DNA of 58,920 nt, filler included, from Dugesia japonica (Eukaryota), in assembly GCA_001938525.1 (NCBI GenBank). It is 4 parts of 4 records of this genome, joined end to end, with 100 filler letters (N's around TTAATTAATTAA, not from the genome) between each part and the next. Parts side by side here need not be neighbours in the genome. Positions count along the whole stretch, not along the records: positions 1 to 17,751 come from MQRL01610743.1; 3 more parts are not named here. One strand, given 5' to 3'. A program made the translations under genes and the position numbers. This document shows positions 1-10,393 of the stretch, piece by piece. Each line of letters starts with the position of its first letter. The stretch's first letter is position 1. A model generated the notes under the pieces. It was not told where the DNA came from and did not search any database. It saw only the letters and a list, made by a program, of their open reading frames with translations.

Positions 1-849
1 ATAATAATAATAATGATTTTCTTGTACATACTAATCAATTTTCTGGTCCAGACCATCAATTTTGTGTCTACGGTTCTCTATTTTTGGCAACCATTATCCA
101 TCTTTACCTCTTCTATTATTTCACCATTTTTGGTGTTTCAGCCCAACACATGTACAAATTATAGTAAGCTGTGAGTAAGTTGTAATNNNCTATGCGTAAA
201 TTACGATTATCTGTTTACGAATTGAGACCTTTATGTGTAAATTATCACCATCTCTTGCACATTGAGACATTAGTTTGTAATTTTTCAAGTCTAAATTTTA
301 TTTGAATAACTTGATTTTAAAAAATTTCTACAAATTTTCAAAATTTTAAGTCCTGTAATAAGTCTTGTAATTTAAATCTGCATGTTTTATTGTTGTTAAT
401 AGTTTTATTTTGTAAATTTTTAAATTTTAAAAGTTTTAATATTTTACCAATAGTGATATTTTAATAGTTTTAATTTTTATCAATATAATTTTATTATTTT
501 TTGGTTTTTTAGTTTTTTAGTTATTCAATGTAAATAGTTTGTAAAAGTTCATAAAACAGAAAATGTCCGGTTTTTTATTTTGAGTTTAATTACACCAATT
601 CTGAGCTCATACAGTTTATATAGAAATTTATAAATTAAGTAAAAGTTTTCCAGTGTTGTACATTTCCTTATCCCAGAGAAACAAATATATTCTTAAAACT
701 AACCCTNTATAACAAATAAAGAAGTTTTAATTCTAAGTATATANATACTAAATTGAACCTCATACGATAGTTTTTCACCGAGAAATAAATTATTGTAATT
801 TTAAATTAAAAACTTTAACCATAGGGTAGGAAGCATTTCTATAAGTTTT

Positions 850-1745
850 GCATGAATATGTTCCCGACCTACTTTTTAATTCTCTACAAAATTATATCGG
901 TTTCAATACAAAACTTTGATGTCGTGGTAGGAGGCACTGTTTCAGTGTTGCTCTATCTACTTACAACTATCAATTATGTATGTTTCGCCNNNNNNNNNNN
1001 NNNNNNNNNNNNNNNNNNNNNNNNNNNNNNNNNNNNNNNNNNNNNNNNNNNNNNNNNNNNNNNNNNNNNNNNNNTTTTCATAAATGCTATCGCCTTGTGA
1101 TATAAATATTTATAGTGATTACAAAAATAGTAAATTGCCAGTAATTTCTTCCTTATCATACAATGTCTTTTTTCATTGGTTGACTTTGAATGAGATCCAC
1201 ATGTAATTTTTTCTAGTCCTTTTTCATCTATTTGCTATAAAACCTTTTCTATTGCATTAAAACTCGCATCTGTATCTAGTATAACATTTTTTTTGATATC
1301 TGGAAAACTCAATATTGGTGCTTTTGTTTATAATTATAATTTAAATTTTATTAATTTATTAACTTTTCAAACTTTTTTGTGTAATTTTGTCTCGTGTAAT
1401 TTTTTCCCTTATAATTTCATTCTGACATGTCCTATAAATTTGACCTCTGCTCGCAATAAGTGATATTTTNNNNNNNNNNNNNNNNNNNNNNNNNNNNNNN
1501 NNNNNNNNNNNNNNNNNTCCAATATTCTATAATGCTGTTCCACTTTTTTCTGTTCAATCTTTTCTGAAAATATGAATGTTATTCTCAATTTTCCTAAAAA
1601 CGTTTTTCATAAACTCTTGAAATTTTCCCGGTGCTGCAGCAATGTCGAAAGTCATTCTTGTAAAACAATACTGTCCTTTTTTTGTAGAAAATGCTGTTTC
1701 TCTTGCGAATCTTCATGTAAATGTACTTAATAGTGTACCAGATCA
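850..1745 (-). mobile_element. Ty3/Gypsy pol fragment (RT, RNase H), decayed
   Basis: TAFSTKKGQYCFTRMTFDIAAAPG (~1630-1700); PILSFPD..ILDTDAS (~1265-1320); KLLAIYYFCNHYKYL. Confidence 0.8.
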
Positions 1746-2083
1746 GTAGTAATAAAATACCCTCATACATTAGAAAAATAAAAATATTTCAATTGTAATT
1801 TGAGAATAATTTATTAAAATGAAATAAATAAATAAACACAGCATTAAAATAAAAATTACAAACACAAATATAATTCAGTTGATAGGTTTGCAGAATATTG
1901 TTGTTACGATTTTGTCACGATATCTCATTATAAAACTGAGGTTGATAACATTTTCCTAGAAATTTAATTTAACTGTTGAAATCATCAAAATAATGAAATA
2001 GAATGTAGAAANNNNNNNNNNNNNNNNNNNNNNNNNNNNNNNNNNNNNNNNNNNNNNNNNNNNNNNNNNNNNNNGCCACCCAA

Positions 2084-2883
2084 CATTTTCACGTAAAAGT
2101 AACATAGAAAAGACACCTCTATTTAAATGTACATTACAACCAATGCCAACAAATTTTTAATAACTTCGATGAATAGATAGAATTTTTCTAACAAATCAGT
2201 TTTCTATTCAAGATTCAACAGAAACAATTAAAAGACTATTACTAAACCAGTAGTATATGTTTTGTGCCTGGAAGTTTTAGGGTGGACAGAATGGAATCTT
2301 AAAGTAACTCTGAGACTTTCTAAGTATATTTATGGGAAACACAACTATTGACTCGTCCGATATATTGGGTGGCATGCTTTCCTTCTCTTATTCGGATTAT
2401 TCCTTTGAGACTCACGTTTTTACTTTTGATTTGCATTTGAAATACTGTTTATATTTGANNNNNNNNNNNNNNNNNNNNNNNNNNNNNNNNNNNNNNNNNN
2501 NNNNNNNNCATTTTCACGTAAAAGTAACATAGAAAAGACACCTCTATTTAAATGTACATTACAACCAATGCCAACAAATTTTGAATAACTTCGATGAATA
2601 GATAGAATTTTTCTAACAAATCAGTTTTCTATTCAAGATTCCACAGAAACAATTAAAAGACTATTACTAAACCAGTAGTATATGTTTTGGGCCTGGAAAT
2701 TTTAGGGTGGAAAAAATGGAATCTTAAAGTAACTCTGAGACTTTCTAAGTATATTTATGGGAAACACAAATATTGACTCGTCCGATATATTGGGTGGCAT
2801 GCTTTCCTCCTCTTATTCGGATTATTCCNTTGAGACTCACGTTTTTACTTTTGATTTGCATTTGAAATACTGTTTATATTTGA
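2084..2883 (+). repeat. Near-identical ~375-bp direct duplication (2084-2458, 2509-2883) either side of an N gap
   Basis: Both copies begin CATTTTCACGTAAAAGTAAC and differ by a handful of substitutions; probably an unmerged assembly overlap. Confidence 0.8.
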
Positions 2884-3352
2884 GGAAATTTACATTCATT
2901 TCTTAAAATTAATTTGTGACATTCATATTATTATGTAAAATTTAATTTACGGTAATCCGTCATCACTAAGATCGATTTCAAATTCCGCAATTAACTAAAA
3001 GCTTTTTTAGATAAGGTCTTTGAGCGATAAAAAATACGTGCTTACAATTTACAATCCTAAAAAAACTATTTTGTGAGAAATAATACTAATATGAATATTT
3101 GGAGACGGAATGATAGTAAAAGATTTCAGAAATGAAATTCTAATTCATTGTTTAGTAATCAAAATGGGAAATTGACATATTAATAGACCAATTACTAATA
3201 CTAAAGAATTAGATTTGAAAATATGTTGCCTTTATGATGTCTTTATTATAGGTTGTACTTTCGTGGGGCAACCATGAGCGTAAAAACGCATGATTTTACC
3301 TATTGAGTAATAATAAGGATACAAAGTAACAAAATTATTTATAATTTAATAA

Positions 3353-3358
3353 TTTACC
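3353..3358 (+). repeat. 6-bp target-site duplication TTTACC (left copy; right copy 16187-16192)
   Basis: Identical hexamer immediately outside both TIRs; 6 bp is the typical Polinton integrase TSD length. Confidence 0.95.
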
Positions 3359-3630
3359 AGTAATGGTATTGTGGTTAACCTTAGCCACCATCATTTTCAT
3401 AGGAAACCGCCATTTTTTCATTTTTTAAAAAAATCGAAAAATGCGCGATTTTTCATAAAATATTGAATAATAAAAAATCGAAATTTTCCGATTTTTCATA
3501 AAAAATTCGCGATTCATGATTTTACATAAACTATAAAACAATTCGCGATTAATGATTTTAAATAAAACATGAAAAATTTTTAATGAGCGATTTTAAATAA
3601 AGCATAAAAAATTCTTCAACTAAAGATTTT
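3359..3630 (+). repeat. Left terminal inverted repeat (~272 bp) with 3 units of a ~35-bp internal repeat
   Basis: Matches the reverse complement of 15742-16186 from AGTAATGG to CAACTAAAGATTTT; about 5 differences in the outer ~175 bp. Confidence 0.93.
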
Positions 3631-3656
3631 TCGCGATTAAACTATTTGTTTATAAA

Positions 3657-4791
3657 ATGGAATGTAAAAAAAATATAGTCGCACCGACACAACATTGAAT
3701 CTAAATGGTTCTGTGTGCGACACAATTTAAAAATCAATTTGCAGTTTTTTCCAATACACTAAAAACTGCACACCAGAAAAATATTTAGTCACTGAATTAT
3801 TCCTTTAGAAAATGGTAGTTAAAGAACGAGGACAAGTGCAGTATTTAATATAATAAAAACTTTGGGTATTGATGAGGATTGTGAGTTGGGTGAAATTGAA
3901 GAATATATAAAATGTGATGTTACAATGGAAGCGGCAAAAGAAAAATTAATATATCTTAATCAAATTTTTAAAGAAGCAGATGAAATGAATTTAGAAGAAG
4001 AAAATCTTAAATTATTTAAACGAGTATTAGCTTTTATATTTTTTCAAACAACAGATGGTGACTGTAAAGGACTTGCGTTAAATTTAATTAATGGAGAAAA
4101 TGAATATTTTTTAAAAATAATAGAAGAATTAAAAAGTCTTACAAAAAGAACGAGACGAGCACAACATTGCACTTGCTAAATTAAAAGAACAAACAAAACC
4201 AAGTAAAATAGAGTATAATGTTTTTAGTGTTAAATAGGAACCATAATTAAATGAAAACGGCAGAGCATATGTAAAATCAAAAGATGTTAGTATGCTTTGT
4301 AACAGGGCGAAGGAAAGAGTAAAAAAATTTGAGGTTGGTAATAAATATGTAAAACTAGAAATACCCAAAGAAATTAAAACTATAGAAACTGCTAAAGTTA
4401 AAAAANTACATTAAAAAATGTCTGATGTTTTTATTACAATGTTAAGGAATTATGATTTTGTAAGTAATTCAGTAAAAAATTTTTGTAAACTTCGCACACT
4501 AAGTGAAAAAACTATAAGAGCATATTTAAATAAGTTTAATATTCCATATAATAAAAGAATCCAAAAAACAAAACTATATAGGAAAAAAATGGAAGATCTA
4601 TGTCTTTAATAGAGAGATATGAACTTAATGAGCCTGATGTTTTTTCTATTATTGGAAAAATGAGAAAAGCGTGGATAGATGTTACAACGAGACACCTGAT
4701 GAGTGGTCTGATGAGCGACTTAATGAAACACACCACGAGCCAGCCTACGGTAAAAGCGGCAACTGTGAAAAACATGTTAAAAAATTATTAA
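3657..4791 (+). pseudogene. One or two disrupted Polinton accessory genes of unknown function
   Basis: ATG in TATAAAATGG context just inside the TIR; ORF pieces 3862-4179, 4418-4609 and 4600-4791 can be linked across frameshifts and stops; no recognisable motif. Confidence 0.5.
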
Positions 4792-4796
4792 AGAAA

Positions 4797-6055
4797 ATGG
4801 AAGTAAAAATAAATCTCGATAATAATATTATATTTACTCATAAATTATTAAAAAATGACATTTTAAAAATTTCACCAACATCTGGTTCAATAAATAATAT
4901 GTTGGGTGGTGGGGATGTAGTTTTTCAATCTTTACAATCTACGAATCCCTTGGATATTTGTAATGCAATGTTATACTTTAAAATAGAATTAGAAAACGAA
5001 GCCGATAAAACAGCAGTTTTAGAAAATAATTTTTTTCCATCTTTATTTAAAACAATGATATTAAGACTTGGGGCGTCTGATGTTGAAACTATTAATGATC
5101 CAGGCATAATATCAACAATGTTAAATTTTATTACAACAAGTTATACTCATAGACAAATATATGGACAATTATCAGGATGGATTCTAGATGATGATAAAAG
5201 AAAAATATTATATGCAAGTAAAAAATTTGGAGGCTATTTTCCATTGAGAATTTTATTTGGATTCATACAAATTTTAATAGAGTTCTTTACAATACAATGA
5301 TTGAATTTTGTTGCAATCGACAAATAGAGGATAAATTTATATTTAAAGGAGAAGGCACACCAAAATTAAAATTAACAACTCTCGAATTACACATTCCACA
5401 ATGTAGATTAACGCCTAAAATGGAATTAATGCTTTTAGAAAGAATCTCAACAGATAAACCAATTAAAGTTGCATTTTGAAATAGAATAACAGGAAAGATG
5501 ACATTTGATTCTGGAAATTATTCATCTTATAAAATAAGCAATCTTTCTTATAAACCAAGATATATTTTTATAGTGATAAAAGATGAAGATATTTCTTTTG
5601 CAAATAATAATAATTTATTTATTCAAAAAAAATCAAAAACTGTTAAAGTCGATGCAAAAGATGTAATTAAAAATTATTATTTAAAAACTATGCAAATTCA
5701 GTTAAATAATAATTACTATCCAATTAATGAATGTAAATTTTATATGGCAAAGAATGAAATGATTTTTTCCTATTTTAGTTATATAAAATGTTGTCAAGAC
5801 TTTTTCACAGAACCACAATTATCTCATCAAGAATTTGGCGAACTATATCCAATTTTCTGTTTTGATGTAACAGCCCAAGATGATAGACTAAATATATATA
5901 ATGTTGATGTTACATTACACATTACAAAGGATCCAAATTTTACTGGAAATCTTTACTGGTGCATTCTTGAGGAAAAACATATAGAAATGAAATTAGCTAA
6001 TAATAAAATTGCCATGATTGAAAATGTGCGAGGTGTTGAATTTATTAATAAATAA
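4797..6055 (+). pseudogene. Double jelly-roll major capsid protein (hexon-like), one frameshift (~5268) and one in-frame TGA (5477-5479)
   Basis: Reconstructs to ~420 aa with Polinton MCP-type motifs LENNFFPSLF, FPLRILFGF, KPRYIFIV, LNNNYYP, YPIFCFDVTAQ. ORFs 5297-5479 and 5498-6055 are in the same frame. Confidence 0.85.
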
Positions 6056-7261
6056 ATGACTAAAACAAGTAAATTTACATGTGAAAAATGCAATAGATTC
6101 CTCTTGAAAAAAAATAAAGCTAGATATGTAAAAATTTGTAAAGGAGGCGATCTTCAAAAATCAAGTTTTGTTAGTAATATTTTAAAACCAATTACTTGGG
6201 AAAAATATTCTGGTAAAAGACATTTATTCCATCACAATTACACCGGTTCAGGAACTAGATTAGAATTAGACTTGATGAAAATAATAATCCATTACCAGGA
6301 GAAGAACCAGTTAATCAAGTTGATGCAGCAGCATTGAAACATGATATGGCTTATAATTCAGAAGATCTTAAAGATCGACACATTGCGGGTGTAAATTTAA
6401 TACACGACCTAGAAAATATTAAAAATCCTACAATAGCAGAAAAATTTCAAAGAGCTCTTGTAAAAATGGCAATGAAAGGTAAAATATTAATTGGCCAAGG
6501 TATAGCAGATGAGCTTCATCGTGATTATAGAAAACCAAAACAATTATTAAAAGTAACAGTAAGTGAAGTAGATGAAACTTGGTCAGCAGATTTATCTTTT
6601 CATAATAAAAAAATAATACTAACTGTGATTGATCTTTATACAAGATTTGCTTTTGTAGAAATTTGTGAGAAAAAAACCGGCGAGGTTGTTACTGACGGAT
6701 TTGAAAGAATCCTAGAAAAAAGTAATCAAGTTCCAAATAATCTTTGGGTTGAAAGGGGAAAGGAAGTTTACAACAAAACATTTACCGCCTGGTGTAAAGA
6801 AAATAATATTAACCGTTACTCTACTTATAATCAAGGAAAGGCAGTTGCCATTGAAAGATTTAATCGTACATTTAAAAACAAACTCTTTAAACATTTTACT
6901 GCCGTTGGGAATCAAGAAATCACCCTCAAATTATTAGAGAAAACAGTAGATGATTACAACAACACCATTCATTCTTCAATAGAAACAACTCCAAAACATG
7001 CATATGAAACTGGTAATGTTTTTGAAAAAGAAACTGAGATTTTTAAAAATCAAAAATTTAAAATAAGAGATTGAGTTAGAATATTTATAATTTAAAAAAA
7101 ACACATTTGAAAAAAAATATAGATTTAAATGGAGTCCGAGGATTTTCACTATTACAAAAATTTATCCAACAAATCCACCAACCTATCAAATTATGGATGA
7201 AGATGATAAAAAAATTCTTGGGAGATTTTATGAGAGCGAGTTACAAAAAAGTTCTTTATAA
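6056..7261 (+). pseudogene. Zinc finger - phospholipase A2 - RVE (DDE) integrase fusion
   Basis: N-terminal CEKC-x12-Y-x3-C finger. After a 1-bp frameshift (~6268): HNYTGSGTRLE..EEPVNQVDAAALKHDMAY (parvovirus VP1u-type PLA2). Continues without a stop into ADELH, WSADL, LTVIDLYTRFA, LWVERGKE, IERFNRTFK, YNNTIHSSI. Tail KFKIRD*VRI...FEKKYRFKWS...GRFYESELQK ends at TAA 7259-7261. Confidence 0.88.
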
Positions 7262-7266
7262 AAAGG

Positions 7267-8022
7267 ATGAGCAGTTTAGTTTAGAAGAAAGACAAGACAA
7301 TTTTTAATAATAAACTTTTCCCTAGTAATTTTCGATTGTTGATAATTGGTTCCTCTGGTTGTGGAAAAAATGTTCTCTTGAGTCAAATGTTACTTACACC
7401 AGGTTTTCTTGATTATGACACTTTTATATTTTACTCAACTACAATTAATCAATTTGAAGTATAATTATTATATCACAGATTTTTAAATGGTTTAACAAAA
7501 CAAGAAATAATGTTAATGTTTGAGAAGCTAGCGATTGAGCCAGATTCATGTATCACTCCAACAGAGGTTATAGATTTTTTCATTCAAAAGAAATTTTTAA
7601 CAAAAAAACCACAAACAATAGAAATAATCCTAAGTAATAAAGCAAGTGATATTATTCCCTGTGATAGATTAAAAAGAAATTAAAAAAATCTTGTAATTTT
7701 TGATGATGTGGTAAATGAAAAAAATCAAGAAATTCAAAAAAGTTATTTCACTCGAGGTCGTCATTCAAATTGTAATATAATTTATATTTCACAAACATAT
7801 TATCACTTCGATAAAAATTCAATTAGAGGCAATGTAAATTGATATATATATTTTCGATTAAATAAAAAAGATCGTAATAGTGTTTATAGTGATTTATTTT
7901 CTTGTGTATTTAATGAAAAAGATGATTATGATTTTGAATTAAATTTTCATTGGAAACAACCCCATATATATATTTATTTAAAACATTTAACAAATGAAGT
8001 GACAACTGATTTATTTGCTTAA
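7267..8022 (+). pseudogene. A32/FtsK-HerA-like genome packaging ATPase with four in-frame stops (absent from ORF track)
   Basis: One frame reads FRLLIIGSSGCGKN (Walker A), NLVIFDD (Walker B), YFTRGRHSNCNIIYISQTY and IRGN. Confidence 0.92.
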
Positions 8023-8026
8023 GAAA

Positions 8027-8450
8027 ATGGAACCAAAAAATAGTAGTATAACAGAAGATGAATAATTTAAATTAATAAATTCAAATCATAGCAAATCTAT
8101 AAAAATTGATGGTAAAAATTATTGGATAGGTAAACAAGCAAAAGAAGAAATTAAAAAACATCAAAAAAGAAGGGGGGTTTTATTCCATTATTAGCTTTAA
8201 TACCTAGAATACTTAGTGGTATTGGCGCAGCCGCCGGCATAGCCAGTAAAATTGCATCTACCGTTTCAAATTCTCGTGAGGCAAATAAAAAACAAATTGA
8301 AATTGATAACCTTAATGAAGAAAGAGAAATTGAAATAGAAAATATAAACGAACAACAAGACGAAGCTATTTATAAATATTTAAAAAATCAAAAAGTAAAA
8401 CTATCAAAAGATTTAAAAAAGGGTGGGGAATATATTTAAAACCTTATTAA
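8027..8450 (+). pseudogene. Putative virion core/membrane-active protein with adenovirus pX-like motif
   Basis: Across frameshifts reads KEGGFIPLLALIPRILSGIGAAAGIASKIAS, a charged coiled-coil, then GGGIYLKPY*. Confidence 0.65.
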
Positions 8451-8451
8451 A

Positions 8452-9310
8452 ATGGATAGCGAAGCGAGACAATCAATAATAAGAAGAATTAAAGAATTAA
8501 AAGAAATAATTGCGGCTAAAGAAAAATATAATGAATATTTCTCCAGTAAAGTTCTTCAATCTAAAAACCTACTATCTTCACTTGCTTTTCAACAACAACC
8601 AACAATTTCAGCATTACAACAACAATCAAAAATTTCAGCATTACAACCAAAACTTCCAACTATGGAAATGGATACTCAAACAAAACCACAATTAAATATT
8701 CTTTTTGAAAAAAAAGAACCATATACTCCAACAGATATTGAAATGACTCCAAATATTAATAATTTAACTACAACAATAATTCCTCAATTTGATTATGAAA
8801 CTATTGGTGAAAAAATTTATATAAAAATAAAAATTAAAGTTAGAAAAATATATTTAGTTAAAGAAACTGAAATACCATATTTTTTTATACTTCCAAATAT
8901 ACTTATTCCATATTCAAACGGAGTAATGAATTTAATTTTAGGAAATATGAAAGGAACTGATGATATAAAAATAGAAGATAATAATATTTATTTATTTGGT
9001 TTAAAGATTGAACATTCTCATTTTAGTAATTATATAAAAACACTGAAAAAAAACTCCATTACCAGAGCAAAAAGTAGAACCAAAAACGCCACAAGTACAA
9101 CAACAAGTACAAATACACGGCACAACAGCACAAGGCACTGGAATTAATCTAATAGATTTATTTGAAAAATTAATAGTTTTAATTTCAGCTAAAAAAGTGG
9201 GTCATGAAAATACTAGTTCTGAAATAAAATCAGTCTGTGGAAAATTAAGAGCGAGGAAATTAATTTCAAATGAGAAATATAAAATTTATCAAAAAAAATA
9301 CTTTAAATAA
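8452..9310 (+). pseudogene. Conserved Polinton putative core protein (coiled-coil N-terminus, helical C-terminal domain), frameshift at poly-A ~9050
   Basis: ORF 8452-9147 shifts into PLPEQK...AQGTGINLIDLFEKLIVLISAKKVGHENTSSEIKSVCGKLRARKLI..*. This resembles the L-x2-L-x4-(A)G-x5-EI-x6-L C-terminal motif I recognise from beta-type adintovirus genomes. Confidence 0.6.
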
Positions 9311-9985
9311 ATGTCTCATCAGTTTTTAATTACTGGTAAAGGATCAAAATTAGAAGTAAATTTAAAACGCCCATTAGAGTTGAATGGAGAACACGAACTT
9401 TGTTTAATTTGCTTTTCCGTTTATAATATCATTTTTAATATAGAAAAGGAAGATTTTAATTTTATATTTGAAGGAAAAGAAGAAAAAATTCATCCCGGCG
9501 CTTATGAGGTTGATGAAATTTCAGAGAAAATAAAAGATTTAGGAATAGAGATAACTGCAGACAAATCAACCAGTAAATCTTTACTTATTATTCCAGAAAA
9601 GAAGACTTTAAAATTTGATGAAAAATCTTTCATTTTTAAACTTTTAGGTTTTAAACCCGGTGAGTATGCTTCTGGAAAATATTACTCAAATGAAAAAATT
9701 AACATTTCTGATATAAATATGATTAACATTACTTGTAATATAGTTAAAGGAAATTATATAAACAACAAAACAACTAATTTCTTATATTCATTTCCAACAA
9801 ATACTGTAAGCTTTGGATATAAAATTGTTGAAAGACCATCACCACCTATTTACTCGAGAATATCTTCTAGTTATATTGATGGCCTAAGATTTGAAGTTGT
9901 TGATGAAAATTTTAAACTTATTGATTTTAATAATGAAACTGTGTCATTATTAGTTCATTTAAGAAAATGTCCGCAGAAATCTTGA
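9311..9985 (+). CDS. Minor capsid protein (penton-like, single jelly-roll), intact ORF
   Basis: 224 aa; PLEL, PGAYEVDEI, LLGF, INITCNIVKGNYIN, LYSFP, GYKIVERP, VVDENFKLIDFNNE and terminal VHLRK are typical of Polinton pentons. Confidence 0.9.
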   Translation: MSHQFLITGKGSKLEVNLKRPLELNGEHELCLICFSVYNIIFNIEKEDFNFIFEGKEEKIHPGAYEVDEISEKIKDLGIEITADKSTSKSLLIIPEKKTLKFDEKSFIFKLLGFKPGEYASGKYYSNEKINISDINMINITCNIVKGNYINNKTTNFLYSFPTNTVSFGYKIVERPSPPIYSRISSSYIDGLRFEVVDENFKLIDFNNETVSLLVHLRKCPQKS

Positions 9986-10383
9986 ATTTTCTAAAAACAT
10001 TTGAAATTACTACAACTACAAATTTCGATCTTTATTCTATTGCTGACTTTTTAAAAATACCATTGGAAATTTACAAGAAAAATGAGTTGCCTTCTCATTT
10101 TGAAAATAATATTTTAAATTATGAAAATACAAATCAAAATGGCTCTCATTGGGTTGCTTTAAAGAATAAACATTATTTTGACTCTTTTGGTTTAAAAACA
10201 TTTCATGAAGATCTTGAAAAGCACGTAGAAAAATTTAATGAAATTCAAGTTCAACCTTTTGAAACAAGAATTTGTGGAGTACTTTGTATTTATTTTTTGT
10301 ATAGCTTTCCAGAAAAATCTTTTGATGATATTATTTCTGAAATAAATGAACATGTTTGGAAAAAGCTTACAGGCGAGGAATGA
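9967..10383 (+). CDS. Adenain-like cysteine maturation protease, intact ORF
   Basis: 138 aa with GSHWVA (His), YFDSFG (Asp), QVQ (oxyanion Gln) and ICGVLCIYFL (Cys). Confidence 0.93.
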   Translation: MSAEILNFLKTFEITTTTNFDLYSIADFLKIPLEIYKKNELPSHFENNILNYENTNQNGSHWVALKNKHYFDSFGLKTFHEDLEKHVEKFNEIQVQPFETRICGVLCIYFLYSFPEKSFDDIISEINEHVWKKLTGEE

Positions 10384-10393
10384 TAAAAGAATT

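Noticed and set aside
2084-2883. LTR pair or biological tandem duplication
   Set aside because: Copies directly flank an N gap, lack TG...CA, PBS and PPT signals, and look like an unmerged contig or haplotype overlap.
4671-4796. N-terminal extension of the major capsid protein from the GTG at 4671
   Set aside because: A eukaryotic-type AAAATGG start at 4797 fits better; the upstream part overlaps the preceding decayed gene.
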